Below are positions 28,156 to 37,153 of a stretch of 64,000 bases of DNA, piece by piece. The position numbers and the translations under genes are program-made. Within the stretch, counting starts at the first letter, position 1. The number at the start of each line of letters is the position of its first letter. This DNA comes from an uncultured Candidatus Saccharibacteria bacterium (GTDB lineage Bacteria; Patescibacteriota; Dojkabacteria; GCA-002793355): NCBI GenBank assembly GCA_964525295.1, contig CAZGEO010000002.1, positions 258,551 to 322,550 on the forward strand. The letters are read 5' to 3'. The notes beneath the pieces were generated by a model that saw only the letters and a program-made list of their open reading frames with translations, was not told where the DNA came from and searched no databases.

Positions 28156-28541
28156 TATTCGTCCAAAAGATTTTTTGGATAATCAATTGGTGGATTTTTA
28201 GAACGAGCATCTGAACGTAATTTTTGATAAAATTTTTCGCCTAACCCAGTTAATAGGGGCATATCTTCAGCAATTTTATAAATAGTATTGATTGGAGCTA
28301 GAGATGCATTACTCTCGACACCAGAGAATTGCTCAGAAAGTACGTTAGAATGCAGTGTTCTTACCGCACACATAAAGTTTCTAGTGTCGTTCTGATCTTT
28401 CGAAATTGATGAGATATTTTCACGTCGCTGATTTACGCTTACGACAGCATCGATAGTTCTTTTTTGTCCATCTGGTTGATAGGTATATATATCATTGTTA
28501 CCTGATTTTGGTTCTGTAAATATTTCGGAAGAAATTTTCAT
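28155..28541 (-). CDS. Hypothetical protein (128 aa)
   Basis: ORF directly downstream of a canonical promoter. Stop overlaps the next gene's start. Confidence 0.45.
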   Translation of the reverse strand: MKISSEIFTEPKSGNNDIYTYQPDGQKRTIDAVVSVNQRRENISSISKDQNDTRNFMCAVRTLHSNVLSEQFSGVESNASLAPINTIYKIAEDMPLLTGLGEKFYQKLRSDARSKNPPIDYPKNLLDE

Positions 28542-28568
28542 ACTTACCCAGTAAAATTACTATAAGAC

Positions 28569-28597
28569 ATTTTACGCTTTTCGCGTAGAATTGTCAA
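28569..28597 (-). promoter_or_regulatory. Consensus sigma-70 promoter on the minus strand (TTGACA, 17-nt spacer, TAAAAT) driving 28541..26740
   Basis: Read from the reverse complement. Perfect -35, 17-nt spacer. Confidence 0.5.
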
Positions 28598-28622
28598 TAC
28601 ATTATTATAATAAACCATGTAT

Positions 28623-28651
28623 TTGTCAATCCATAATTCCCGCAGTATAAT
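28623..28651 (+). promoter_or_regulatory. Sigma-70 promoter (TTGTCA, 17-nt spacer, TATAAT) ending 5 nt before the yebC ATG, a leaderless arrangement
   Basis: Read directly in the sequence. Confidence 0.5.
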
Positions 28652-28656
28652 CGCCT

Positions 28657-29430
28657 ATGGCAGGACATTCACATTGGCATAATATTCAGCAAGCAAAGGG
28701 TAAGGCCGATGCTAAAAGAGGTATTCTTTTTACTAAAGCAGCACAGCAGATTATTCTTGCTGCGCGAGAAGGTGGTGGAGACCCCAATCATAATCTTTCT
28801 TTACGAATTGCTATTGATTATGCCAAGTCAGTTAATATGCCGAAGGATAATATTGAACGCGCAATAAAAAAAGGAACGGGAGAAGATGGTGAAGGACGTT
28901 TAGAAAAAGCAATTTACGAAGGTTACGGACCTTATAAAATTCCTGTTATTGTCGCAGCTATTACCGATAATAAAAATCGAGCAGTAAGTGAAATTCGTAA
29001 CATTTTTACCAAAGCTAATGGAGAATTAGGATCGATAGGTACAGTCATGTGGCAGTTTACTGAATCTGGGAGAATCATTTTACGCTCGGTCAAAATTAAA
29101 CCAGGTGAAAAATTTGGAGAATCTGATACAGAGATTGCAATTGATCGTGATGAAGCGACTCTAGAACTCATGGAAGTTCCTGAAGTGGAAGATATTGAAC
29201 TTGACGAAGAGAATAAAGAACAAATATTTGTGAAAGCGCCAACAACGCGACTCGCTCAAGTTGCCCAAGGTATTCGAGAGAGAGGATATGTAATTGTTTC
29301 ATCGGGGCAACATTTTGAGCCAAACAATTGGATTGATATTCCAGAAGATAAACAAGCTATTTTTGCTGATTTTCTTGATAAACTTGAAGATCAACAAGAT
29401 GTGCAGCATATTTGGCATGCTGCAAATTAA
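28657..29430 (+). CDS. yebC: YebC/PmpR-family DNA-binding regulator
   Basis: MAGHSHWHNIQ...KRG N-terminus. Classic yebC-ruvC pairing. Confidence 0.85.
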   Translation: MAGHSHWHNIQQAKGKADAKRGILFTKAAQQIILAAREGGGDPNHNLSLRIAIDYAKSVNMPKDNIERAIKKGTGEDGEGRLEKAIYEGYGPYKIPVIVAAITDNKNRAVSEIRNIFTKANGELGSIGTVMWQFTESGRIILRSVKIKPGEKFGESDTEIAIDRDEATLELMEVPEVEDIELDEENKEQIFVKAPTTRLAQVAQGIRERGYVIVSSGQHFEPNNWIDIPEDKQAIFADFLDKLEDQQDVQHIWHAAN

Positions 29431-29450
29431 TCAATGAAGAATATTCTTTT

Positions 29451-29930
29451 ATGAGAGTTCTCGGCCTTGATCCTGGAATTGATAGACTAGGTTGGGCAGT
29501 TATTACTGAAAATGCTGCTTCATATTCGCTTGATAAATTTGGCCTCATTACTACTGATAAAAATAGTGATTCAACTGTTCGATTGGCTGAAATTGCAACT
29601 GATTTGGCAGAATTGCTGCGGCAATTTCAGCCACAAGTCGTTTATATTGAAAAATTGTTTTTTTCTGTCAATGCAAAGACTGCTATGACAGTTAGTGAAG
29701 TTCGTGGGGTTATAAAAAGTGTTGTTGCAAATCAAGAAAGACCTGTAAAAGAAATTCATCCGATGCAGCTAAAAAAAATGATTACCGGAACTGGAAAAGC
29801 TAAGAAAAAAGATATTCAGCAAGCAATGAAATCACTTTTTAATTTGCAAGAGAAATTTGCAACTGATGACGTTGCCGATGCAATTGCAATTGCCTACGTA
29901 GGAATTCTTGAAGAATTGCATCATATATAG
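29451..29930 (+). CDS. ruvC: Holliday junction resolvase RuvC
   Basis: MRVLGLDPGIDRLGWAV N-terminus. The track ORF starts 13 codons earlier, at 29412. Confidence 0.85.
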   Translation: MRVLGLDPGIDRLGWAVITENAASYSLDKFGLITTDKNSDSTVRLAEIATDLAELLRQFQPQVVYIEKLFFSVNAKTAMTVSEVRGVIKSVVANQERPVKEIHPMQLKKMITGTGKAKKKDIQQAMKSLFNLQEKFATDDVADAIAIAYVGILEELHHI

Positions 29931-29963
29931 TATAACTGAGTAGCTAATCTAACTGCCTTATCA

Positions 29964-30311
29964 ATGAGTGTCAAATCATTTATGAAAGGACTTGCCGCAG
30001 GTGCCGTTATCGGTGCAGCAGCAGGTGTTGCAACAGGTTTGTTGACAGCACCAAAATCAGGGAAAGAACTTCGCAAAGATCTTATGGAGCATGCAGAAAA
30101 CCTTCGTAAAGAATTGCAGAAGCAATTAAAAAATGCTGGTAAAGTAACCAAGCAAGTTTACGAAAAAGCAGTCGAAGAAGTTACCGAAGCCTATAACAAG
30201 GTCAAGGAATTTGATAAAGAAGACTTGCTTGCCCTTAAAAACAAACTTCTCGCAGAATGGAATGCCATCTCAAAGAAGTTCACCGTAAAGAAGGCTGTTG
30301 TAAAGAAATAG
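29964..30311 (+). CDS. YtxH-like small membrane-associated stress protein
   Basis: Gly-zipper N-terminus plus APKSGKELRKDL motif, coiled-coil remainder. Confidence 0.6.
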   Translation: MSVKSFMKGLAAGAVIGAAAGVATGLLTAPKSGKELRKDLMEHAENLRKELQKQLKNAGKVTKQVYEKAVEEVTEAYNKVKEFDKEDLLALKNKLLAEWNAISKKFTVKKAVVKK

Positions 30312-30321
30312 TCCTATTTGA

Positions 30322-30358
30322 AAGGTTGTTATTACGTATGTAGTGACAACCTTTTTTG
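30322..30358 (+). terminator. Rho-independent terminator (aaggttgt ... acaacctt, then T6)
   Basis: 8-bp stem with T-run, read directly in the sequence. Confidence 0.5.
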
Positions 30359-30389
30359 TTATCTCCAGTAATCAGGACCGAACGATTGC

Positions 30390-31064
30390 TTACTTTTCAA
30401 CTATAATATCACTGCTTTTTATGCCAATTTTTTGCACAATTTCCTTCATACTTGCGACAAATTCTTTTGGACCGCAAATATATGCATTGTTTGGACATTT
30501 ATGACAAAATTCATGAACAATTGCTTCTGTGATGCGTCCAGAGATATAGCCAATCGCAGACTTTCTTGTTAAGGTCAACAACATGCCATTTTCTTGTTGA
30601 GAAAAATAGTGCGTTAATTCGTGTTCGCAAATGATATCGGCCTTGGTCTTGTTTGAATAGAGAAGTGAAGAACCTCGCAGCTCACCAGCATTCCATAGCT
30701 CTCGGAAAATTCCAAGAAATGGAGTAATACCTGTACCTGCAGCAACAAATAGCCCTGGCCCAGTATATTTGATAGCTCCCCATGGTTCGGTAATGTGAAG
30801 TGTCGCTCCTGGTTTTTGATCCCAAAGCGCGTGAGTTACACCGTTGTGGTCATGATAGGATTTTACCGTGAATTCAAGAACTTTATCTGAATTTTTTGAA
30901 GTGAAGGTGAATGGTCGTGAATCGCCTTTAAGTTCTGGGATATCGAGAGAAACGGAAGTTGCTTGACCTGGTGTGAATTCGTAATCGTCTGGCTTAGACA
31001 CTATATATCGCTTAACATCGTGGGTTACAAATGCGGTGTGTAATAAAGTGACTTTGTGTGCCAT
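30390..31064 (-). CDS. Ferredoxin-NADP reductase-like FAD/NAD(P)-binding oxidoreductase
   Basis: RPFTFTS FAD motif, GTGITP NAD(P) motif, C-terminal CGP. Confidence 0.65.
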   Translation of the reverse strand: MAHKVTLLHTAFVTHDVKRYIVSKPDDYEFTPGQATSVSLDIPELKGDSRPFTFTSKNSDKVLEFTVKSYHDHNGVTHALWDQKPGATLHITEPWGAIKYTGPGLFVAAGTGITPFLGIFRELWNAGELRGSSLLYSNKTKADIICEHELTHYFSQQENGMLLTLTRKSAIGYISGRITEAIVHEFCHKCPNNAYICGPKEFVASMKEIVQKIGIKSSDIIVEK

Positions 31065-31137
31065 ATTTCTCTAATAGAGCTTAATAACTTACTATAGCAG
31101 AAAACTCACTAGTTCTGAAAATGTTGTACAATGAATC

Positions 31138-31722
31138 ATGAAAAAATACGTCGTAATAATTTGTTTAGTTACGCTTTCTTGGATTGTAACGTTAGTAATG
31201 AGTTCACTTATTCCGAAAGTATATGGTGAACTGCCGCTTTTACCTGATTTCTTTTTTAATGTAATACCAGAAATTAAATTTGCACCCTTTTTGGCCGATA
31301 TTACGCAAGTTTTCGCTCTCGTACTTGCACTATATCTCGTAGTTAAGAAAAAATATGACCTAAGTACATTACTGCTTGCTCTAGCAATTATGTGGTTTAT
31401 TCGTGCGTTACTAATCTTTGTTACTCCAATTGGTGATCCATCTGGTGATACATATGTTTATGGATTTCTTGAACGAGTTGTCATGTATGGAATGTTTCCT
31501 TCAGGTCATACGGGGTTTTTGAGTGCAATTTTGTTTTGGAGCTATAAAGAAAAGAACAAATTCGAAAATTTGACGCTCATTGCATTACTACTGACACTTG
31601 CGTTTGCCTTGCTTTCTAGCCGAGGTCATTACACTATCGATATAGTTGGCGGTTTTGCTCTTGGTTATTTCGCCGTAAAATGGTCGGAATTACTACTTAA
31701 GCGATTTACCTTGGCAACGTAA
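31138..31722 (+). CDS. PAP2-superfamily membrane phosphatase-like protein
   Basis: PSGHTG motif, polytopic. Extended -10 TGtTACAAT lies 5 nt upstream of the ATG. Confidence 0.55.
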   Translation: MKKYVVIICLVTLSWIVTLVMSSLIPKVYGELPLLPDFFFNVIPEIKFAPFLADITQVFALVLALYLVVKKKYDLSTLLLALAIMWFIRALLIFVTPIGDPSGDTYVYGFLERVVMYGMFPSGHTGFLSAILFWSYKEKNKFENLTLIALLLTLAFALLSSRGHYTIDIVGGFALGYFAVKWSELLLKRFTLAT

Positions 31723-32993
31723 TCAGAAATTGAGAATTTCTTTGAAGCTCCTGAGGCGTTCATGTAACGTATTGAGCCGAATACTGGTCTCTCAAACCAA
31801 GGACGATCATGAACGCCACCTATTGCCCACGCAATTCCTGTATAACCATTAGGATCACGTCCATCCAACTGGTATTTATCGTTGAGATAGATTGCAACTT
31901 TTTGGGCCTCTTCTGGTGATTGTGACCATTCTAATATCTTTTTTGCCCAGTACATACGTAGGTATCCATTAAGATAACCTGATGACATCATTTCAATTTG
32001 AGCTGAATTCCAGAACGAATCATGTGTTGCAGCATTCTCAAATTGTTCCTTGGAATAAATATATTCACGGTGATCTTGTAAATGTTTTGTTAATGTAGTT
32101 TTTGCCCAATTAGGAAATCCATTGAAATTGTCATAATTATCGTTGTAGTAACAGTAGTTGTCAGCAAGTTCTTTGCGAACGATTAGTTCTTCCAGGAATT
32201 GTTCAGTTGCTATCGTTGGTTGCTGTCTTTTGATTGTTAATGCGACTTCGAGTGCCGATATGTGCCCAAGATGAAGGAATTTCGAGAGCCTCGAAGTCGC
32301 ATCTTTTAACGGATTATTGTGTAATTCATATTGTGTAATATTTTGTACAAACGTGGCGAGAGTTTTTTGTGCTTGTGAATGTACTGATTCATTTGTGACT
32401 AGTTCAAAATCTACCGGAACTTTAACTGAAGCTATTCCGAATGGGTGTTGAATGAATGCGGGTAACGCAACTAAATATTTCGATAAGTGTTTTGAAATTT
32501 TTGGTCTAAAGGTTCGTGCTGCATATTCCTGTTTAGCTGAAGTGATTGTGATTGGTACGATGTTATGCGCATCGACAACGAAGTACGGAATATTTAAATG
32601 CGGTAATAATTCAGCTTCCCATGCCTTTTTGATTCTGAGTGGCGAAAAATCAGTAAAGATTGCCGCGACCTTATTATTTGTAATGTAATACAGCAACCCT
32701 TTCGCTGGTACTTCCTCGATAATTGAAAAGGATATATTCAAATTTTTGGCTTCGTTTGCAATATTTGCTAAGCCCTTTTTCATGAATTGGAAACTTCTTT
32801 CGTTTGCTTCCAAAAATGCTTTTTGTAAGAAGAATATGATTCGCAGGGTTAATCTTCTTTCAATGGCATATGACTGTGCTTCTAGTAAGGCTGGATTGTT
32901 TTCAATTCGCTGATCTCGTGACATCCAATAGAGTACCTCGGTAGCATGGGGAATGTTTATGTTCGAATTTTTCGAGAAAATTGTTCTTTGCAT
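31665..32993 (-). CDS. phr: Class II CPD photolyase (deoxyribodipyrimidine photolyase)
   Basis: GYLRMYWAKKILEWS and GIAWAIGGVHDRPW class II signatures. Confidence 0.8.
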   Translation of the reverse strand: MQRTIFSKNSNINIPHATEVLYWMSRDQRIENNPALLEAQSYAIERRLTLRIIFFLQKAFLEANERSFQFMKKGLANIANEAKNLNISFSIIEEVPAKGLLYYITNNKVAAIFTDFSPLRIKKAWEAELLPHLNIPYFVVDAHNIVPITITSAKQEYAARTFRPKISKHLSKYLVALPAFIQHPFGIASVKVPVDFELVTNESVHSQAQKTLATFVQNITQYELHNNPLKDATSRLSKFLHLGHISALEVALTIKRQQPTIATEQFLEELIVRKELADNYCYYNDNYDNFNGFPNWAKTTLTKHLQDHREYIYSKEQFENAATHDSFWNSAQIEMMSSGYLNGYLRMYWAKKILEWSQSPEEAQKVAIYLNDKYQLDGRDPNGYTGIAWAIGGVHDRPWFERPVFGSIRYMNASGASKKFSISDYVAKVNRLSSNSDHFTAK

Positions 32994-33006
32994 TTACTAA
33001 TTATAC

Positions 33007-33435
33007 TTGATGGAGTATAGTAATAAAACTAAGTTATTTTTAAACATTATGGTCGGGTACGTTGGAAATATTGTTAACGAAACTTTACAGAACAACAATT
33101 TTAGAAAAGTTCTATTTACTGGTAAGCACATGCAATTAGTAGTCATGTCATTATTGCCAGGTGAAGAAATAGGAATGGAAGTCCATGATCACGTTGATCA
33201 GTTCTTTAGAATTGAAGAAGGAATTGCAACAGTCGTTATGAACGGTGAAGAAACAACCGTAGTTGATGATGACGTCTTTATCGTTCCAGCTGGAGTACAA
33301 CACAATGTTATTAATGCAGGTACGGAAACTTTGAAATTGTATACGATTTATACACCACCAAATCATCCAGAAGGAACGGTTCACGCAACAAAAGCTGAGG
33401 CAATGGAAGCTGAAGAAGCGGAACACAATAGCTAA
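33007..33435 (+). CDS. Cupin-domain protein
   Basis: GxxxHxHxxxxE-type cupin motifs (GMEVHDHVDQFFRIEEG). Confidence 0.6.
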   Translation: MMEYSNKTKLFLNIMVGYVGNIVNETLQNNNFRKVLFTGKHMQLVVMSLLPGEEIGMEVHDHVDQFFRIEEGIATVVMNGEETTVVDDDVFIVPAGVQHNVINAGTETLKLYTIYTPPNHPEGTVHATKAEAMEAEEAEHNS

Positions 33436-33627
33436 TTGTTAATTATCAATTAATAATGATCAATATTATGACATTGATTCATTCTTTTTGATCAAAAGTG
33501 ATTGATTAACTTTTTCCTTCATTCTCTTTTCAGCTAAAACATAGTATAATAGCTTTGTCAGTGAGAGAGTAACGCTTCACCTGTTGGTGTGTCGGTATTT
33601 TTCCCATTGTTCGGCTAGTTTAGTTAA

Positions 33628-33966
33628 ATGTTTGTGTGTTCCATGCAGAACAAACTGTTTATCGGTAACGTCGCGTTCGCAACAACGATCGAGACATTAG
33701 TTGCCCAATTTTCGCAGTTCGGTGAAATCACCGACTCATACAAGCCTCAGGGAAAGGGGTTTGCCTTTATTACTTTCAAGACAGATGAAGCAGCAGCAGC
33801 AGCTATCGAAGCGATGAATGGAAAGGAAGTTGACGGACGTGAACTCGTTGTCAACATTGCACGACCAAAGGAAGATCGTCCAGCACGATCTTTCGGTGGT
33901 GGTAACCGTGGTGGTTTTGGTGGCGGTTTTCGCCGCGACAACAACCGCGACAACCGTCGCTGGTAA
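33628..33966 (+). CDS. RRM-type RNA-binding protein with a Gly/Arg-rich (RGG) tail
   Basis: RNP-1 KGFAFITF and RNP-2 LFIGNV. C-terminal GGGNRGGFGGGFRRDNNRDNRRW. Confidence 0.75.
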   Translation: MFVCSMQNKLFIGNVAFATTIETLVAQFSQFGEITDSYKPQGKGFAFITFKTDEAAAAAIEAMNGKEVDGRELVVNIARPKEDRPARSFGGGNRGGFGGGFRRDNNRDNRRW

Positions 33967-34001
33967 GCAAAAGCTAAGCAGCGTTGCTGTTTAGAAACCA
34001 G

Positions 34002-34035
34002 AGGGGCGATGCCTTGGGCATCGCCCCTTTTTTTG
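34002..34035 (+). terminator. Strong Rho-independent terminator (aggggcgatgcc-ttg-ggcatcgcccct, then T8)
   Basis: 12-bp GC-rich stem plus T-tract, read directly in the sequence. Confidence 0.75.
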
Positions 34036-34047
34036 TTATACTGAGTA

Positions 34048-34821
34048 GTGACTAAATACAAGAAATACCTACTATTCGTTATCTTCTCGCTTCTTGTAGT
34101 GTTCTTGCAATACATTTATGCTCAATTTTCTCCAATCAGAGCAGATAAGTCATATTTAAAAGAAGCTACTCGCGATCAGACAGAAGTTCAATTAATTGAT
34201 AGAAATTCATATTACGAGATATCAGCTGTGTCAAAGGAGTATGCTGCCGAACCAACAACTTATTATGACGAAACGAAAATTGGTTTTATTTTTTACCCAG
34301 GTGGTCGAATCGATTCGCGCGCATATGCTTACAAATTGAAAGAAATTGTTGAGAATTATCCCAATGTTGTAGTGTATGTTGTTAAGCCGTTTCTAAATTT
34401 TGCGTTTTTTGCGGTTAATGCACCGGATTCAATTATGACTTATGAAACGGGAATCACCAATTGGTACATTGGAGGACATTCCCTTGGAGGCGCGATGGCG
34501 TGTGAATATATTGCCAAATCGGAGAAGTCGATAACGGGCTTGCTTTTACTTGCATCGTACTGTGCAAGTACTATTTCATCAGAAAAATTGAATGTTCTTA
34601 GCTTGCGAGGCAGTAACGATGCAGTACTAAATAGTGAGAAATATGACCAAAGCAAGAGTAATCTGCCCCAAACAGCTGAACATAAAGTTCTGCAAGGTGC
34701 AAATCATGCGCAGTGGGGTAATTATGGCAAACAACAGGGTGATGGAAATGCTGATATCACCGACGATGAAGTTCTTAATTATTTGATTGAGGAAATTGGC
34801 AGATTTTTGTATATCAAGTAA
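34048..34821 (+). CDS. Secreted or membrane-anchored alpha/beta hydrolase (esterase/lipase-like)
   Basis: GHSLGG nucleophile elbow, N-terminal hydrophobic segment, GTG start. Confidence 0.6.
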   Translation: MTKYKKYLLFVIFSLLVVFLQYIYAQFSPIRADKSYLKEATRDQTEVQLIDRNSYYEISAVSKEYAAEPTTYYDETKIGFIFYPGGRIDSRAYAYKLKEIVENYPNVVVYVVKPFLNFAFFAVNAPDSIMTYETGITNWYIGGHSLGGAMACEYIAKSEKSITGLLLLASYCASTISSEKLNVLSLRGSNDAVLNSEKYDQSKSNLPQTAEHKVLQGANHAQWGNYGKQQGDGNADITDDEVLNYLIEEIGRFLYIK

Positions 34822-34889
34822 TATGATCTACCTTTTTTGTAATTCATAGCGCCTCTGGTCGGTTTTATGAAATTGTTATACACTCGTGC

Positions 34890-35537
34890 ATGGCAAAAAT
34901 ATCTTTCAATGGAAATTATGAAGACCTTTCAACAGATAATGGTTTTCAGTTTGAATTTAAGTGTGGTCGCTGTAGCAAAGGGTTTCGTACGAAATTTCAG
35001 GCAAGTGCCGTAGGTACTGTTTCAACAGTCATGAATACTGCGAGTAACCTTCTTGGGGGGATTTTTGGGTCTGCTGCGCAGGTTGCTGACGATGTTAAGT
35101 CTGCAGGTTGGCAAAAAGCACATGATGAAGCATTAGAGAAGGCCGAAGATGAAGTCCGTAGCGATTTTAAGCAATGTCCACGATGTCATACATGGGTTTG
35201 TGTTGGTGAATGTTGGAATGATAAGAAGGGATTGTGTAAAAACTGTGCTCCAGATCTTGGTGTAGAAATGGCGGCAGCACAGGCTAGTAAATCGGTTGAA
35301 GAAGTGTGGGCACATGCAGCAATGGCTGAAGAAGATAAGCATTTGGACGAGGCCAATTGGCGCCAAGGGAAGCGAGCAGATTGTCCAAATTGTGGAAAAT
35401 CACTTGCAAGCGTTACCGCCAAGTTTTGCCCTGATTGTGGCGCAGCAATTAAGCAAGAAAAACATTGTACTCAATGTGGTGCAAAAATGGCTCCAGATGC
35501 AAAGTTTTGTGGTGAATGTGGAACTAAAGCAGCATAG
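34890..35537 (+). CDS. Multi-zinc-ribbon protein
   Basis: Five CxxC pairs forming tandem zinc ribbons (CPRC...CKNC, CPNC...CPDC, CTQC...CGEC). Confidence 0.5.
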   Translation: MAKISFNGNYEDLSTDNGFQFEFKCGRCSKGFRTKFQASAVGTVSTVMNTASNLLGGIFGSAAQVADDVKSAGWQKAHDEALEKAEDEVRSDFKQCPRCHTWVCVGECWNDKKGLCKNCAPDLGVEMAAAQASKSVEEVWAHAAMAEEDKHLDEANWRQGKRADCPNCGKSLASVTAKFCPDCGAAIKQEKHCTQCGAKMAPDAKFCGECGTKAA

Positions 35538-35539
35538 CA

Positions 35540-36106
35540 ATGATACCAACGTACTATCTGCAATTAGAATTGTGGAGTGCGCCTATACTATTTTTTGCGG
35601 GAGTAGCCTTTCATTTCATATACAAATGGAGTAATAGATCTCGTGTCGCTGCGGTATTCGGTGCAGTAAACGAAAGTCTTTGGGAGCACTTGAAAATTGC
35701 CTTCTGGCCGATGTTTTTCTTTACAGTGAGTCAGTTCCTTTGGTATGGAGATCATGTTGAAGCTTTTTTTGTTGCAAAAGCTTGCGCAGCACTTACAGTC
35801 ACGCTGATAATTCCTCTCACGGTGTCAATTTATACAAAGTTTACGCATCGAAATATACTTTGGATAGATATACCTCTTTTTGGACTTTGTGTAGCTTTTG
35901 GACAATTCCTGGCGTATTTAGTGTTAAAAAATCCCGAAATATTTGTAGAGTATGAGGGGTATGCAATAGTAGTGTATTTGGCACTTGTGATTGCGTATTC
36001 GGTGTTAACGTTTGTTCCTCCGAAGAGTTCTTTCTTTAGAGATCCATTGTATGAAAGGTATGGAGAAATTCCAAAGTCAGCGCGGAAGATAAGAAAAACG
36101 GCGTAA
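35540..36106 (+). CDS. Hypothetical polytopic membrane protein
   Basis: 5-6 predicted TM helices. Start 3 nt after the zinc-ribbon gene's stop. Confidence 0.4.
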   Translation: MIPTYYLQLELWSAPILFFAGVAFHFIYKWSNRSRVAAVFGAVNESLWEHLKIAFWPMFFFTVSQFLWYGDHVEAFFVAKACAALTVTLIIPLTVSIYTKFTHRNILWIDIPLFGLCVAFGQFLAYLVLKNPEIFVEYEGYAIVVYLALVIAYSVLTFVPPKSSFFRDPLYERYGEIPKSARKIRKTA

Positions 36107-37153
36107 TTAGTTTTTAATTTCAGCTTCGTTTTTATGCTTGCGCATCACATTTAGTACTATTTCTACTGCTTCCTCCATCGATTTTGGCCCAATAAGCTTG
36201 AAGCCACAGGCTGGCCGATGACCTGCTCCACCAAGATACTTGGCGAAGATTCGTGCATCGTATTTAGGACCTTGAATTCGAATTGAGCCCTTATACCCAT
36301 CTGGTTCTGGATAAAGAATGAAAGTTATTCCATCGGATATGCGACGCATAAAGTCTTTTGCGACGATTTCTTTGACTTCGGAATAAATTGCAGGAAGAAA
36401 GCCTGTTTTTTCACGTGTCAACTCATCGTCAATATATGTGTAGAGAATGTCATCGGTAAATCGCATGTTTTTTAATGCATTTGCTGAAAGTAGTACGTGT
36501 TCCAAAGCGATTTTACCCATTGCTGCATCTATCTTCTCGTATGAATGGCCTGCTTCGGTGAATAAAGCAGCTAGCCTAAATGTTTGAGTCGAATTAAAAA
36601 AGAACATGAAGCCGTTCGTGTCTCCATAAATGCCGACACCAAGGTAAAATCTTGTGTTCTCAGTCTCTTTTAGTTTGAGTTTTTCAATAAGGCACGTGTA
36701 AATCTCTTCGACTCCTGCTGAAGATTTGGTGTTGTAAACAATCTTTGACGGAAAAGTGTCTTCGAGCGGATGATGATCGATAGTAATAATTGTAGGTATT
36801 GCGGCGTTTGAGAGTTTCTCTTTTAGTGCAACATCTTTAAAAGTTGAACGGAGAAGATGTGGTGTATCTACTACGATTATTAAATCTGGTTTGATTGAAT
36901 CAATAACGATTTCTGTTTCGAGTTTTCCTACTATTTCGAAATTTGGCAACAGCTCTGCGTTAGTTAGGCTCCAATTTTCAATATTTGCAACGAGTGTTTT
37001 ATCGGGAAAGTTGTTTTTGAGCAAGTCATAAGTCATTAATGTGCAGCACAAAGCATCCCAATCTGGGCGAATATGCGATGTAATTAAGATCGTTTTCGCC
37101 TTAATTATCTCTTGTTCAATTTGTTTTGCTATTTCCATGTTTTTCTTTATCAA
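36107..37153 (-). CDS. DHH/DHHA1 phosphoesterase (NrnA-like nanoRNase / pAp phosphatase)
   Basis: DHH motif (ITIDHHP) and GGGH motif (GGAGHRPACG). Confidence 0.7.
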   Translation of the reverse strand: MIKKNMEIAKQIEQEIIKAKTILITSHIRPDWDALCCTLMTYDLLKNNFPDKTLVANIENWSLTNAELLPNFEIVGKLETEIVIDSIKPDLIIVVDTPHLLRSTFKDVALKEKLSNAAIPTIITIDHHPLEDTFPSKIVYNTKSSAGVEEIYTCLIEKLKLKETENTRFYLGVGIYGDTNGFMFFFNSTQTFRLAALFTEAGHSYEKIDAAMGKIALEHVLLSANALKNMRFTDDILYTYIDDELTREKTGFLPAIYSEVKEIVAKDFMRRISDGITFILYPEPDGYKGSIRIQGPKYDARIFAKYLGGAGHRPACGFKLIGPKSMEEAVEIVLNVMRKHKNEAEIKN

